Positions 1 through 13,961 of a DNA stretch of 63,866 bases are shown piece after piece. Made by a program: the position numbers and the translations under genes. A model generated the notes under the pieces. That model was not told the origin of the DNA. It saw only the letters and a list, made by a program, of their open reading frames with translations, and did not search any database. The stretch comes from Octopus bimaculoides. Its lineage: Eukaryota. Within the stretch, counting starts at the first letter, position 1, and every line of letters begins with the position of its first letter. The stretch lies in the NCBI RefSeq assembly GCF_001194135.2, contig NC_068984.1, positions 20,166,862 to 20,230,727 of the forward strand. Direction: 5' to 3'.

Positions 1-201
1 ATCTACCTTCCTACTTATTAGGATTTTGGTTTTAGCTAGGTTGACTCTAAGGCCCTTCAGTTCTAGACCTTGCTTCCACACCTGAAACTTCTCCTCTAGT
101 TCTGATAGTGACTCCGCAATTAGGGCAAGGTCATCAGCATAGAGGAGCTCCCAGGGGCAACCTGTCTTGAACTCCTCTGTGATTGCCTGGAGGACTATGA
201 T
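1..201 (-). mobile_element. RTE-type LINE reverse transcriptase fragment, cut by the window edge
   Basis: Minus strand reads IIVLQAITEEFKTGCPWELLYADDLALIAESLSELEEKFQVWKQGLELKGLRVNLAKTK, containing the YADD motif. Nucleotide sequence aligns by eye with 58490-58675. Confidence 0.9.
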
Positions 202-569
202 AAATAAATAATAATAATAATTAATTCGTTTTATTGGCCACAAGGGCTAATATCAATAAAAAACATATAAGGACAAAGACAGGACGAAGGTTGCAAAAGG
301 TTTTGTCCGAAAAGGTAGGAAAGTTCGTCTAAACAGAGGAAGAAAACGGAGAAAGATATAATGAATAAATAGATAATAATGGTTCCTAATGTTGGTACAG
401 GGTTAGCAGTTTTTGAGGTGAGTGAGAAGTCAATTAGGTCAACTCGAGTATTTGACTGATGCTTATTTTAACAGCACCAAAAGGATGGAATTTGAGCTCA
501 GAAAAAAGCCAGATAAAATACCACTAAGCATTATGTCCAGCATGCTAAAACTTCTGCTAATTCACTGCC

Positions 570-570
<1 letters not shown>

Positions 571-614
<44 letters not shown>
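571..614. repeat. (TAA)n microsatellite
   Basis: Direct reading; it produces the poly-N run in ORF 422..640. Confidence 0.95.
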
Positions 615-616
<2 letters not shown>

Positions 617-848
617 CATGAAAGGAGCAATAAGAAATAGAATGTTTAAAAGAAAGCTGAAAGTAATTCTTATTTTATTGTTTACTAGTCTTTAAAGTTA
701 TTAAATATGACGTCTGTTTGAAATGTTTGAGTAGCCAAGTATTATAATCCATCCAGGGAACAAATAGTATTTCAATATTACACAGAGTATTGTTTCTTTT
801 AATCTACTTTGCTGGCTAAATATTCTTCATAAAAGGGATTGCCCATAC

Positions 849-887
<39 letters not shown>

Positions 888-1244
888 CAAACACACGCTC
901 ACACGTGCAAGCAAATACTTACAGATTACACGGTGCTTGGCACAGAACTGTGAAGGAAGGTTAACACATCTAGCAGGAAACTTTTTGACACAAATAAGTG
1001 TACACACCAATTTAGAAACATTAGTCAGACACTGTTTTCCTTAACTTTGTATATTGCAGTTATTTTCAGACACAATCAACTACTTCTTAGATCACTTAGC
1101 CAATTAAAATTTACACAATATCCAAACACAATGGAATTATATATAGTCTATGCTCTCACTAGTTTTGCTCCTTTTGTCTAATTAGAATGAAAAAATATAG
1201 ATAAACAAATGAATTGCTTATACATATTCTATATACAGATTTAT

Positions 1245-1283
<39 letters not shown>

Positions 1284-1288
1284 TATAT

Positions 1289-1323
<35 letters not shown>

Positions 1324-1812
1324 TTTGCTGTACTTCAGAAGACATGTCAAAGTAAGCAAAATCATGGCTGTCCTTGCATACAGCCATGTTCCTTACATCC
1401 CCCTTCAGCTGAGTGATCCTGATATTGCAGGCTCATGGGTACTGGTACCATGTAAAAAGCACCCGTACTGGTGCCGTGTAAAAGTGCCAGTGCCCCATAA
1501 AAGCACTCAGTACACTCAGTAAAATGGTTGGCATTAGGAAGGACATCCAGCCATAGAAACCATGCCAAAACTCAGAGTAGCATTACTGTGAATTTATGTA
1601 AACAATGTAACCTAGTAAATTGATAAATAGGAACTGATAAAATAAGTACTGCACTGAGGATGATTAGATTGACTAAAACCCTTGAAGGTAGTACTCCAGT
1701 ATGGCCAGAGTCCAAAACTAAAACCAGTAAAAGAATAAAAAGAAAAATACCAGTATCGTTTTTTAAAAGAAACTGGAAAAACATGTCTGATCATGGAGAA
1801 ATATTACCTTAA

Positions 1813-2033
1813 CCTTTTAGTGTTCACATTATTCTGCCAAAATCAATGCTTTTTCATCCACATTGTTTTGAACTAATTGTGCATTATCTTGTAGCTATGA
1901 GATTTTGATGAGGTAGCTGTTAATTTTTAAAATAATATTGTAGGGTTGGTGAGAGAGACCAGATCTGGCTAGTTTGAACACAAAACAGGCAGAATACTTT
2001 TGGCCGGATATGGCCGGTTTAAATGCTAAAGGG
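1813..2033. mobile_element. piggyBac-like MITE
   Basis: TTAA on both flanks (1809-1812, 2034-2037); imperfect inverted ends CCTTTTAG.../...CTAAAGGG; no coding capacity. Confidence 0.65.
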
Positions 2034-2606
2034 TTAAGTGGAAACAGGTGAAGGTTGGTGACAGGAAGGGCATCCAGCCCTCAAAAATGCACCTCAACAA
2101 ATTCTGTCTGAACCATGCAGGTATGGAAAATGGACGTTAAAATGATGGTGATGAATACATAACGTTAGCTGTGACCACATTAATGAATTGTTTTAATTTA
2201 ATCTTTTGAGGAATGATATAGCTTATGGTTCATACTTGCTAGCAATTTCTACCTGTGTCAGTCTGTTTGTTGTTTCTCTACCTCACACATAACTGATAAA
2301 CACATGACAAAGATATTTTAAAAGACAATTTTTGTGATCAGTGTACCATAAGACTGATTGTCATTAAGATTCATACTCTTAAGATTGATGGTCAAAAGAC
2401 TGATATAAGATTGCTAATGAGATTGACATGATAAATTGACATGATAAATTGACAGTCATAAAGGTCAGTAATCTTAAGTTTGGTAGTCATAAGATTAATG
2501 ATTAAATAATTGACACTCAAAGATTAATAATGGTAACATTGGTAATCCTAAATTTACAAATAAATTAACTCAAAATAAAAGAACAAGGTTAACTGACATC
2601 TCTGTT

Positions 2607-2651
<45 letters not shown>

Positions 2652-2859
2652 NNNNNNNNNNNNNNNNNNNNNNNNNNNNNNNNNNNNNNNNNNNNNNNNN
2701 NNNNNNNNNNNNNNNNNNNNNNNNNNNNNNNNNNNNNNNNNNNNNNNNNNNNNNNNNNNNNNNNNNNNNNNNNNNNNNNNNNNNNNNNNNNNNNNNNNNN
2801 NNNNNNNNAATAAATTAACTCAAAATAAAAGAACAAGGTTAACTGACATCTCTGTTTCT

Positions 2860-2917
<58 letters not shown>

Positions 2918-3689
2918 TTTACCAAAGTAGAATCTATAATCTACCCACTATTCTTCTAATAAAGCACAGCCAAAGAAAACAAAAGCCCAAATAAGAAAAT
3001 TCTGTGCAGGAAGAACTGACTCTGAAATCTTTAAATGTCAGAGTCTAACAACAATAAAGTATTTGAAATTCTGTGAGCTTAGAATTGCTATAAATCATAT
3101 CATGACTATCAGAAGTTTGAGCAGTGAATAACAGGTCCTGGCTTGTAGAATGAGAAAGACATGAATATAGAAAGCAGAGAGTTCAGAGAAAGATAAACAC
3201 AGAAATACACTTCATTCCAACCTTGTTTATGGCAGTGAGAGAGGTAAAGAGACACAATCACTGGATAAAAGTATCTGGAATTCAGAGAAAATTGTGACAG
3301 TGTGTGTGGGCAACAATAAGTCAAGTGAGAGAGTTTGTACAGGAGTTCGATAGGTTCAGTTGCTGTCAGGAAGGAAGGAGAATTTAATGTTTTGGACCCA
3401 TGCCATTCATCAGACAATTTATCATGGTTACCAAAACTTTCAGACAAAGTAACTGCTTGAAATGTGAGAGTCTTCACTCCAAACAGATCAACTGACAGAG
3501 AAATTGAAGGACAAACATGTTTAAAGATATAGAGAGTTAAACTGAAAAGGGAGGTATGGGATGGAAGGTAGGTAAGGAGAGGGAACAGTAAAAAGATGAA
3601 ATATAAAGACCAATAAACAGACTGAGAGGTAAAAACACAAGTATACAGTTAAGTATACAGTTGAGTGATGTTCACAACCCTGTAGTCTC

Positions 3690-4050
3690 TGTCACAGAAG
3701 AGGTTATACAGCTCATATTCGCTAAGTTATTGAAGGGAAAGTGTGTAGTTCTGTATTCAATCTACCAATGGAGAAAAGAGGGAACATAGCTCTATAGTCA
3801 TTCTGCAGTAAAGGAGGGTACACAGTTCAATATCCACTCTGGTCTGCCTTTAACTATAAAAAGGAATCACAGTTCTGTATTCACTACACTACTGAGAAAG
3901 AAAGGGTACACAGCTCTGTATTCATTCTGCTACTGAAAAAGAAAGGGTGCACAGCTTTCTATTTATTCTGTCACGGAGGAAAGGGCATGCAGTTCTGTAT
4001 TCCTTCTGCTACTAATGGAATGAGAGAGCACAGTTCTTCATTCACTTTCC
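3690..4050. repeat. Degenerate minisatellite, unit about 38-40 bp
   Basis: Recurring core (G)GGTACACAGTTCTGTATTCA(T/C)TCTGC(T)ACT, roughly 9 diverged units. Confidence 0.7.
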
Positions 4051-5223
4051 ATCCAAAATAAGAACTGTTTAAGACTAAACAGTGTCAGTTTACCATGACA
4101 TAAATGCTGCTATTAATTGCTTATCTTAGATCTGATTAAGAGTGGAATAACCACTTGGTATGTCTGGCCTTACCATATTCTACTAGCAGGTTATAATGAC
4201 CTCTTTCGTCAACATGCAACAGTTTGAAGAATGACACCAAAACCCAACCATCCAAGAAACTTATAGTGTTTCAAGAGGGAAGTGGGATGGTTTAAGGTTG
4301 TTGTCCCCTAAACAATTCTACAATAAATAACTTGGTCTTAATGAGATATCAGTATTTCAATATTAGTTCTATGGTCTGACAATTCTAGATTTCCTATAAA
4401 CATTAAATTATTAAAATCTTGAGATAAATTTGTAATATCTAATATCAAGAAATGAAAAACAGAGACTGGAGCCTGATAAACAAATAAAAATATAAATTAT
4501 GTCTGATAGCAGCAATATAATAATGGTTAGGTTTCAGCTTTCAAAAGAAGTGAAAAAAAAAAAGTAAAGAAAGAAAATGATTAGAATCATACTAGTTTAA
4601 CTGTTTTGGCAGATTTGGAATGGTGTCCTCTTTTTATGCTTGATAACAGTCTGTTTGAAATGAATTATAATAAGTTCCACTTCTTGAAGTAAGAGAGAAA
4701 ATGGTAAAAGGGAGGAGGGAGAGAGTTGCACTGGAATACAGCATTGCCTCTATAACCAGTTGTGGGTGGTTTCCTTTGGGATCAGGGAGATAATTGGGTA
4801 GATTACACTGGTATAGTTAATAGTTAATGTAAAATATGAAAAGTTTGAGGGACTGTAATGCGAGAAGATTTGGAAAGGAAGTGGAGTGGGGTGTGTGGTG
4901 GTAGGCTTGAAATGATGGATTGTGTGTGTAAAGTTTCATATGAGAGAGAGAGAGAGAGATGAAGTGAATGATAGAAAACAAAATTAGCAGTCCAACTGCA
5001 AGTTCTAAAGAAAAAGCTCTGTTAGAGCAGCATTAGGTCACAAATGTACCCAGTACAATGGTGAGTCAGTAATTAAATGCTCTGTTGTTGTTTTTTGTTT
5101 TTTTTCTACAGAAACAGTTGAACGAACAAGCAGATTGTTGGACACTAAGATGCAGTCTCAAAGATAATAGCAACTGAAGAATCTGTGCCATAACATATAT
5201 CACAAGTGAATTCCATATCTTAT

Positions 5224-5588
5224 CTTCAACTTGTTTCAGTCACTGCAGTCACAGCTACACTGGGGCCCTGCCTTGAAGGGTTTACTTGAACAAAACTCCA
5301 GTAAGTCTGGCAAAAGAGATTCATAGAATCTCTTTTGCCAAACTGCTAAATTACTGGGACATAAGCAAACCATCATTGGTTGTTAAATGATGGTGGGAAC
5401 AAACAGGAAAATGCACATGCACACATATTGTAGGCTTCCACACAGTTTCCATCAAGTAAATTCGCTCATAAGACATTGGTTAACTCAAGGTTATAGTAGA
5501 AGATGCCCAAGGTGCCACACAGGATGGACTGAACCTGAAACCATGTGACTGCAAAGTGAGCTTCTCAATTACACAGCCATACCTGTGC
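5224..5588 (-). mobile_element. tRNA-head SINE, family A, degenerate copy
   Basis: Reverse complement of the head and tail seen in the full copy at 29701-30122. Confidence 0.75.
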
Positions 5589-5865
5589 TATAATGGGGCA
5601 AATAGTTTCAGCAATATTCTATGGATGAATGGGAATGTTCAATATGATAGAAAAAGCAACCAATTTCCCTTCAAACTACAGCTTACCTATCCATTGAAAA
5701 ATGAAAGATTTATTGGATACATTGTCTGAAAATAAGATGGGATGGTCATGCTTGGAGTATTTTGGTCACAGACTAAATACTCTGACTGTAGGTTAACCAA
5801 ATGCTACAGGGAACTGATAGGTTATAGCTTGGATAGAAAGAGGATTTATGAAGTTGATTTTCTCC

Positions 5866-5903
<38 letters not shown>

Positions 5904-7642
5904 GATGGGCGTCTTTCATTTTTTTATCTACAAATTCCACTTACAAGGCTTTGATCAGTCTGCCACCAGGATATAGTAGAAGTCACTTGCCCTAAGTGTC
6001 ACACACAGTGGGACTGAACCTGGAACCATGTTGTTGGAAAGCAAACTTCTTACCCATACCTGCATGTATGCACATATACATATACCAGTAATTGTGCTTC
6101 TACAAGCACAAGAAATTATCCTACTTCCATTCGATATGAGGGTCAAAACACAGATTTTAAACAAGAGAAAAACAGTATTTCAGTAAAACCATTTGACACA
6201 ACACAACTTTCATAGCTAAAAAGAATCACAATTTTTTTTTTAAACTACTGCTACCTCAATTACACACACATTTGTTATTCATTTGGTTATCTTAAAAACT
6301 ATGTCAAATATAAAAGAATTCTCCACTTTCTGTGTCCCATCAGACTGAAAGTAAAGGAGAAAATAAAAACAGTGTCTTATCATTCAGAAGGCTGATTGAT
6401 AAGCATCATAAATAAAACTCTGTTCCCTACATACAAGCCATCATTTGGTAACAAACTTATAAATGTACTTTACTGAAATCATCACCATCATCACTTAACA
6501 TCTGTTTTCCATGCTGGCATGGGTTGAACAGTTTGATCAGAACTGGCAAGTAGGAGAGCTGAACCAGGTTCCAGAGTTATTTGGCTTGGTTCCTACAGCA
6601 GGATGCTCTTTCTAATGCCAACCACTTTACAGAGTGCGCTGGGTGTTTTCTATGTGGCATCAATAGGGATGCTTTTATGTGACACCAGTACAGGGCTCTT
6701 GCAGGCCAATCTTCTTCAGCAAGGGTGGTGGGTGTGTGCTGCAGTAACAATTCTGCTATGGAAAACATATCTTCTTGTGTACAGCAAAGCTCCAGATACA
6801 TACCATTAATGAAGCAAGGGAGGAATTTAAGTTAAACCAGACCAGCAGTGAGATTACAGAATACATTTAATTTTTCTCTGACAAATCCGTCATTTTTCAG
6901 TTGGTTTAAGTTTTTGTTCAGAAAATTATCATTCCATCTTTTTGGTCAAGCTTTTTTTTTTATTCATCTATTGTCTTAAATACAACCCCCTCCCTCAACA
7001 CATATTTTCATCAGCTGCAACAGCATTGAATGCTGTATTCCATGCTGGCAATCACTGGATGGTTCAATAGGATATGGCTAGCCTAGGAAATTATAGTTAC
7101 ATATAATATACAACTTATAGTTCAGACTGACTAACCTCATGTTAGAGGTTTCTGGCTACATCTCTTTAATAATAATTGAATTGATAACAACTAATCTGCA
7201 GAGACAACATTCTGTTATGCATCAGTGGACCAATGAAGAAGTCTTAGAAGAAACACAGAACTAAGGTGAGGAGGAAAAAAAAGTAGAAGAGGTGAAGGAA
7301 GACAAAAGATTCTCTTCACTAAAAAGAAAGCTAAACTTGTAAAGCCTTGCAATGGGATACCATTAATATAATCAATATAGGCAGTGTCATCATGAAAGTG
7401 GCCTTGGTCAATATGTAAGAAGGGAGTTAATATTAACTCGATACTGTGTACACAGAGCAAACACTGGTTACAACTGATAGAGAACCAATACTTGAGATGT
7501 GACAGTTGGACAAGGACAGTTAGTAGTAGGAGCAAGTTATGATGACTTGAAGGAGTTCACAAGCAGCCAGTAGCTTCTGTTGCCTAGGTGACCGAATTAG
7601 TGTTTACAGGTGGTTGGGGTAGAGGTATAGTATACAAGGGGG

Positions 7643-7856
7643 GGCGCAGGAGTGGCTGCGTGGTAAGTATGGGTGCAAGAGTAGCTGCGTGGTAAGTAGC
7701 TTGCTTACCGACCACATGGTTCCAGGTTCATTCCCACTGCGTGGCACCTTGAGCAAGTGTCTTCTACTATAGCCTCGGGCCGACTAATGCCTTGTGAGTG
7801 GATTTGGTAGACGGAAACTGAAGGAAGTCCATCGTATATATGTATATACATATATG

Positions 7857-7913
<57 letters not shown>

Positions 7914-8200
7914 NNNNNNNNNNNNNNNNNNNNNNNNNNNNNNNNNNNNNNNNNNNNNNNNNNNNNNNNNNNNNNNNNNNNNNNNNNNNNNNNNNNNNNN
8001 NNNNNNNNNNNNNNNNNNNNNNNNNNNNNNNNNNNNNNNNNNNNNNNNNNNNNNNNNNNNNNNNNNNNNNNACGATTCGGCAAAAGAGACCGATAGAATA
8101 AGTACTAAGGTTACAAAGAATAAGTCCTGGGGTCAATTTGCTCGACTAAAGGTGGTGCTCCAGTATAGCCGCAGTCAAATGACTGAAACAAGAGTAAACA
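7643..8200 (+). mobile_element. tRNA-head SINE, family A, with internal (TG)n and N gap
   Basis: Head GGCGCAGGAGTGGCTGCGTGGTAAG...GGTTCCAGGTTCA, body, and tail ...GTCAAATGACTGAAACAAGAG match the other copies. Confidence 0.85.
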
Positions 8201-8273
8201 ATGAAAGTGGTGCAGAAACCTGTTCCCTTCGTTACCAACAATGAGTGAGCTAGGACACATTGAACAATGAGGT

Positions 8274-8306
<33 letters not shown>

Positions 8307-8439
8307 NNNNNNNNNNACACACACACACACACACACACACCAGCCATAACAAGCCTTTGATCTGTTTGTTTGACCAGGGTTAACCTAGGACTAAACAAGG
8401 TATTTCTGAAAGATAATAATAGATGTGTAAAAAAAGTGT

Positions 8440-8921
8440 GATGTGACATGGTAGTGAGACATGGTCACGGAGTGCAGAAGATGTGCAGAGACTGGAAAGA
8501 AATGAGTCAGATATGATTCATTAAATGTGTAATATTAATTTGCACAAAAGACAAAGTAGAAGTAAGGTGAGAAAAAGAATAGGCATTAAAATTATCAGCC
8601 AATAAATGTGGGTACAAGCAGAACGAAGATGATTTGATTCCGCTTGTATTGACATGATGTGAACAGGCAACACATGGTGGGTGGAAAAGCGTCGTGTACT
8701 AACAACAGGTGTCTGTGTGACAGAGGAAGATTGTGAAACACAAGCAGTCAGATCTCAACATGTTAGGCTTCACAGACAAGTTGATGTAGAACTGTATTTG
8801 CAGGTCCCTCCAACCCATGTCAACACAGAAAAACTGATGCTGTTTAGCGATGGCACTGATATAACATTCATGATGACAACGACAATGATGATGACGACAA
8901 CAAGGATGATGATGATGATGA
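8440..8921 (+). mobile_element. Degenerate RTE LINE 3' fragment with (ATG)n tail
   Basis: Reads HGSETWSRSAEDVQRLERNESDMIH*MCNINLHKRQS; aligns with the reverse complement of 57900-58110; ATG-repeat tail at about 8868-8921. Confidence 0.75.
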
Positions 8922-9885
8922 TATGTGGAGGAAAGGCTAAATCAATTAGTGCAGTAATTAATTCACATTAAATGTCAACATGGGAAGCTTAATATTTTTA
9001 AAGAAGGTAAAAACAATAGTAATATATGAAATCATTCTTTTCCAGAAAGCAACATCAGCAATAAGTGAAGTGAAGCTGTTATAAGGATTGAGAGATAAAG
9101 TTACAGACACTCCACAAAGAACTTGCCACTCTATTTATAATAACGGACACAAAGCCACAGATGAATTACCTCCAGAAAGATGAGAATCAAAATTAACCCA
9201 AATATGTTCTTAAAGAATCAGAAGACAAAGTTACATTCTGCTGAGATTTAAATCCAACATCTTAGTGCAACGATAATAATTTCATATATTGGTAAACCAA
9301 CCAAGGGGTGGGTAGTACAGTCAAATGAATTGATCCCAGTATATAACTTTTTTTTTTTTTGTAGTGATTTGAACTCAGACTGTGGAAAGAGAACTAAATA
9401 CTATAAAGCATTCAAGATACTGGTAAGGAAGATGAATTTTATTTAAGGTCTAGGACTAAACAGTTTGGCAAAAAAAAAAAAAAAGGTGCATCAGTTGAAT
9501 GTTATGTATTTTATTTACCTCAAACAGGCAAAAAGTAGAGCTACCATCAGAAGGATTTGAACTTAGAAACTAAAGAAATGTAACTAAACCCAGCAAGGCA
9601 TTTAATACCACACCTTACAACAACAACAATCATCATCTTCATTGTTTTAATGTACATTTTTCCATACTTGCCTGGATCAGCCAGAGTTCATTGAGGCAGA
9701 TTTTCTATAGCTGGATGCCCTTCCTGTCACCAATTCTCACCCATTTCCAAGCAAGGTAACATTTCCCACATGGTAAGATATGCTTTCTCAGAATATTGGA
9801 AATGAAAGACTGCTTGTATGACAGCAACACTCATATACTCTCATATAGAGACACAAGGAGACACAAACATAAACACCCACTCACA

Positions 9886-9929
<44 letters not shown>

Positions 9930-10001
9930 ACATGTGCACGTGTGTGCAGTCAATTATATTGCCCTTTGTAAATGTGGAAAGTAAGGTCAAAAACCCTGAC
10001 A

Positions 10002-10292
10002 CTGTGTGGTAAGTAGCTTGCTTACCAACCACATGGTTCCAGGTTCAGTCCCACTGCGTGGCATCTTGGGCAAGTGTCTTCTACTATAGCCTCAGGCCGA
10101 CCAAAGCCTTGTGAATGGATTTGGTAGATGGAAACTGAAAGAAGCCCATTGTATATANNNNNNNNNNCGGCAAAAGAGACCGATAGAATAAGTACTAGGC
10201 TTACAAAGAATAAGTCCTGGGGTCAATTTGCTTGACTAAAGGCAATGCTCCAGCATGGCCGCAGTCAAATGACTTAAACAAGTAAAAGAGTA
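10002..10292 (+). mobile_element. SINE family A, interrupted by a 10-N gap
   Basis: Same head, body and tail as 29701-30122. Confidence 0.85.
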
Positions 10293-11370
10293 ATAAAGTA
10301 GCTAAACATTACAAAGCATTCTGTCTGAAACTCTCCGTATTCTGCTGAAGATTATCCCAAATAAAGCCACTTGACTTCATTTTTTTCTATGAGATTGATG
10401 TGACTTTCTCTATCAGAAGTGGAACCCCACCTTTAAATTTCAAGTTGTCTAGGAAATTACCCATTCACTCAGTTACTTGAAGAAACACATTGTCAAAATG
10501 AACATGGTCAACCAAATTCTACATCTATGACAGAGAAATGTAAGTGGGGTGGGGGGGGATTCAAATCCTAGTCACATTATTACACTGAAACAATGATTTC
10601 TGGTACTATCAGATGAGAACATCTGATCTATCTAGTTGCAAATCTTAAGTGGAATGTTGTATATCAGAGACATTTTCCTGGAAATTACACAAATACCAAG
10701 AGCATTTAATGACAAAATGACTGAGTTAATTCTAATAGAAAAGTCAACAAGAGCACTCAAAGAGTGCAAACCTCCCCCAAGGTAACATCAATGTCCTTTC
10801 AACGGTTAACCAGAGAGGATTTTTAAAATGAGAATATCTGAAATAAACTCGACTGCTTTCACAAATGAGAAGACTAAAAATGAATCCGACCGTTCTCAAA
10901 AATTGAGTAAAAAAAAAAGAAGAAAAAAACAGAAAAAAAATCCAGAATCCTTGTCTGGTACCAGATCGATCCCAAAATCTAAACAGTTTGTGCCATTCAT
11001 GAGGTCAAACATCCCAGAAAGTTTCATCCAAATCCATCCAGCGCTTCTTAAAATAGCTTGTCCATGGACAAACAAACAAACAACTGGAAACAATACATCC
11101 ACCTTCGCTTAGGCAGAGGTAATAAATAAAGCCATGATAGGCTTCTTTCAGTTTCCATCTACCAATTCCACTCACAAGCTTTTGGTCAGCCCAAGGCTAT
11201 AGAAGACTCTTGCCCAAAATGCCATGCAGTGGGACTAAACTCAAGACTGTGTGGTTGGGAAGAAACCTTAACCATAGAGCTTTGCCTGCGCCTATTATAT
11301 GTCCAGCCATCTGTCTGTCTATCCACACATCCATTTATATATAATGAGGTTCTGTTGATCCACCCATCTG

Positions 11371-11752
11371 TACAGGTGCAGTTATGGCTGTGTGGTAAGA
11401 AGCTTGCTTCCCAACCACATGGTTCCAGGTTCAGTTCCACTGCATGGCACCTTGGGCAAGTGTCTTCTACTATAGCCTTGGGCCGAACAAAGCCTTGAGA
11501 GGATTTTGTAGACAGAAACTGAAAGAAGCCCATCGTATGTACATATGTATATGTTTGTGTGGCTGTGTCCCTCCACCATCACTTAATGACCGATGTTGGT
11601 GTGTTTATGGCCATGTAACTTAACGGTTTGGCAAAAGAGACCGATAGAATAAGTACTAAGCTTAATAAGAATAAGTCCTGAGGTCGATTCATTCAACTAA
11701 GGGTGGTGCTCCAGCATGGCTGCAGTCAAATGACTGAAACAAGTAAAAGAGT
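11371..11752 (+). mobile_element. SINE family A
   Basis: Same head, body and tail as 29701-30122. Confidence 0.85.
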
Positions 11753-13128
11753 ACATACATACATACATACGTACGTATGTACAGTTACCAAAATCCACTC
11801 ATTCAGTATTAGTCAACACAAAGCTAAGGCAGCACAGCAGACACTTATTCAAGATGTCGCACAGTGAGATCAAAACTAAAAGCATGTGGTTGCAGAGTGA
11901 ACTCTTAACCATAAAGCCATGTTGGCATAGAAACAACAAGATTTCCTGCAGATATATTGTTTAGCATTTTCTTAATATTATTTCTGACTATAAAAATCTT
12001 ATCACCATTGTTCACTGCAGCATTTCTAAGGAAACAACTTAAGTGTCAAGGCCGTAATCCACATCAGCTGTATCATGTTTCATACTTATAAGACAATAAA
12101 AAGCAAATGTGAATATTGAAGTCTGGTTTTGATAAATTTCTTTATTGTTAAACATCAGCTTTTAATAGGGTTAAGCAGCTTCTCTGGTTTGAATTATAAA
12201 ACTCTTCTTTATATCTCCATGTGAACACACACACTCCCTCTCTCTCTCTCTCTCTCTCTCTCTTCACTGTCTCTCTTTGAACATACCTTCTTTCTCTCTT
12301 TGCTATCTTCTAATGACACACACACATTCTCTCTCTTTCTCTCTCTCTCTCCCCTGTTCCCATTTGAACTTTCAATTTAAGAGAAAATAATGACTTCATT
12401 TGAAGGTGGGGGGAATAGGCACAAATACTATACAGAGACCATCAGAGACCTAATGCAACAGAGTTCAAAGATCTGAGAATTTTCATAAACTTACTCTAGT
12501 ATATAAGAAATGATATAAACCACACACAAATGAAATCAAATTACCAAGTTCAAGTTTCAACAGCTTGTATTAAGATGGGAAAAGACACAGTATTAAGATA
12601 GAAAAGTTAATAGCAGCTTCCTACAGGGAGAGACACTTGTGTATTATTATTAATAGAGGAATCCCTAACCCTTAAAAACAAAAAAAAGGAACCTGACAAG
12701 GATATCCAATTTCCATTTATCATTTCAATAAATAATTGTGTAAAGAAACACAAAAAAGGTGGTTTTTTTAAAAATACGTAAATGTGCCATTGAAATATAA
12801 TATATTTAAAAGGGAAAAGTATGAAAGCATTTTGCCGAGTGAGATAAAGATAAATTCTTTTTTTTTTTAAGCTATACTATATCAGTTAAATTGTCTCCTC
12901 TGCTAAGTACCATGCAAACAGCCTCAATACAGATTATCTACCTCAGATTACTCCCACCCTATATTCATTTGCCTCAGACCATGAAGCAAATGGTCCTGCT
13001 GTCCTCTTTTATTCAACTGTTAGGAATCAATGAAGCACTGTCCTAACCTGTAGAGCTTAGCAGTTGGTGTAACTACCCAGCCTCCATTAGTCTAAGCTAT
13101 GTCTTGGTAACTTATAAACCCCATCATG

Positions 13129-13342
13129 TCATCATCATCATCGTTTAACGTCCACTTTCCATGCTAGCATGGGTTGGACGATTTGACTGAGGACTGGTGA
13201 AACCGAATGGCAACACCAGGCTCCAATCTGATTTGGCAGAGTTTCTACAGCTGGATGCCCTTCCTAACGCCAACCACTCCGAGAGTGTAGTGGGTGCTTT
13301 TACGTGTCACCCGCATGAAGGCCAGTCAGGCAGTACTGGCAG
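13129..13342 (-). mobile_element. Short RTE-3'-end element, family B
   Basis: Begins (CAT)n-CGTTTAACGTCC...CCATGCTAGCATGGGTTGGACG, the same terminus as the LINE at 57186. Confidence 0.85.
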
Positions 13343-13961
13343 TCTAAAACAAATGCCTTGGTAATGAATTACCTTCCCACCAACAATCTATTTACATCAT
13401 AGACATTGGTCGGTGCATTAAATAGCAAGGGAAACCTTTTATCTCTTGCCACTCAGACTTTCCATACAGATATTACAAACATAGCCTTCAAAGGATGGAG
13501 GTAACTTCTAAATAAGAGCAGCTGGCTGTGAAACNNNNNNNNNNCATGAAGGCCAGTCAGGCAGTACTGGCAGTCTAAAACAAATGCCTTGGTAATGAAT
13601 TACCTTCCCACCAACAATCTATTTACATCATAGACATTGGTCGGTGCATTAAATAGCAAGGGAAACCTTTTATCTCTTGCCACTCAGACTTTCCATACAG
13701 ATATTACAAACATAGCCTTCAAAGGATGGAGGTAACTTCTAAATAAGAGCAGCTGGCTGTGAAACTAAGATCAAAATTAAAATTTTAAAAAACTCCATAT
13801 GCCACAATGTAGACCCACTAGGAGTGTGATAACTGTGAATAAGAACTGATACAGAAGTTGTCTGTAGCAGAATTCTGACAATAAAATACACCCAATTCAT
13901 GCTGTAAGATATGTAAGTTGTAATAATGAAGTCAAACTAAATAGTAATATTTTGAAATCCT

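Noticed and set aside
2559-2911. Direct duplication (2559-2651 and 2809-2911)
   Set aside because: The copies sit on either side of an N gap and end in (CA)n; typical overlapping-contig artefact.
5061-5111. Plus-strand GT-AG pair (ATG/gtgagt...tttctacag)
   Set aside because: The intron would be only 51 nt, all downstream frames stop quickly, and I see no homology.
5686-5725. Exon-like segment on the minus strand (ttttcag...gtaagc)
   Set aside because: It lies in a degenerate interspersed repeat that recurs elsewhere in the window (e.g. about 26510-26600 and 46165-46240).
7705-8244. ORFs containing long X runs (also 2570-2836 and 14717-15888)
   Set aside because: They are open only because N bases cannot form stop codons.
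13314-13765. Exact 221-bp tandem duplication
   Set aside because: The two identical copies are separated by a 10-N gap; assembly artefact.
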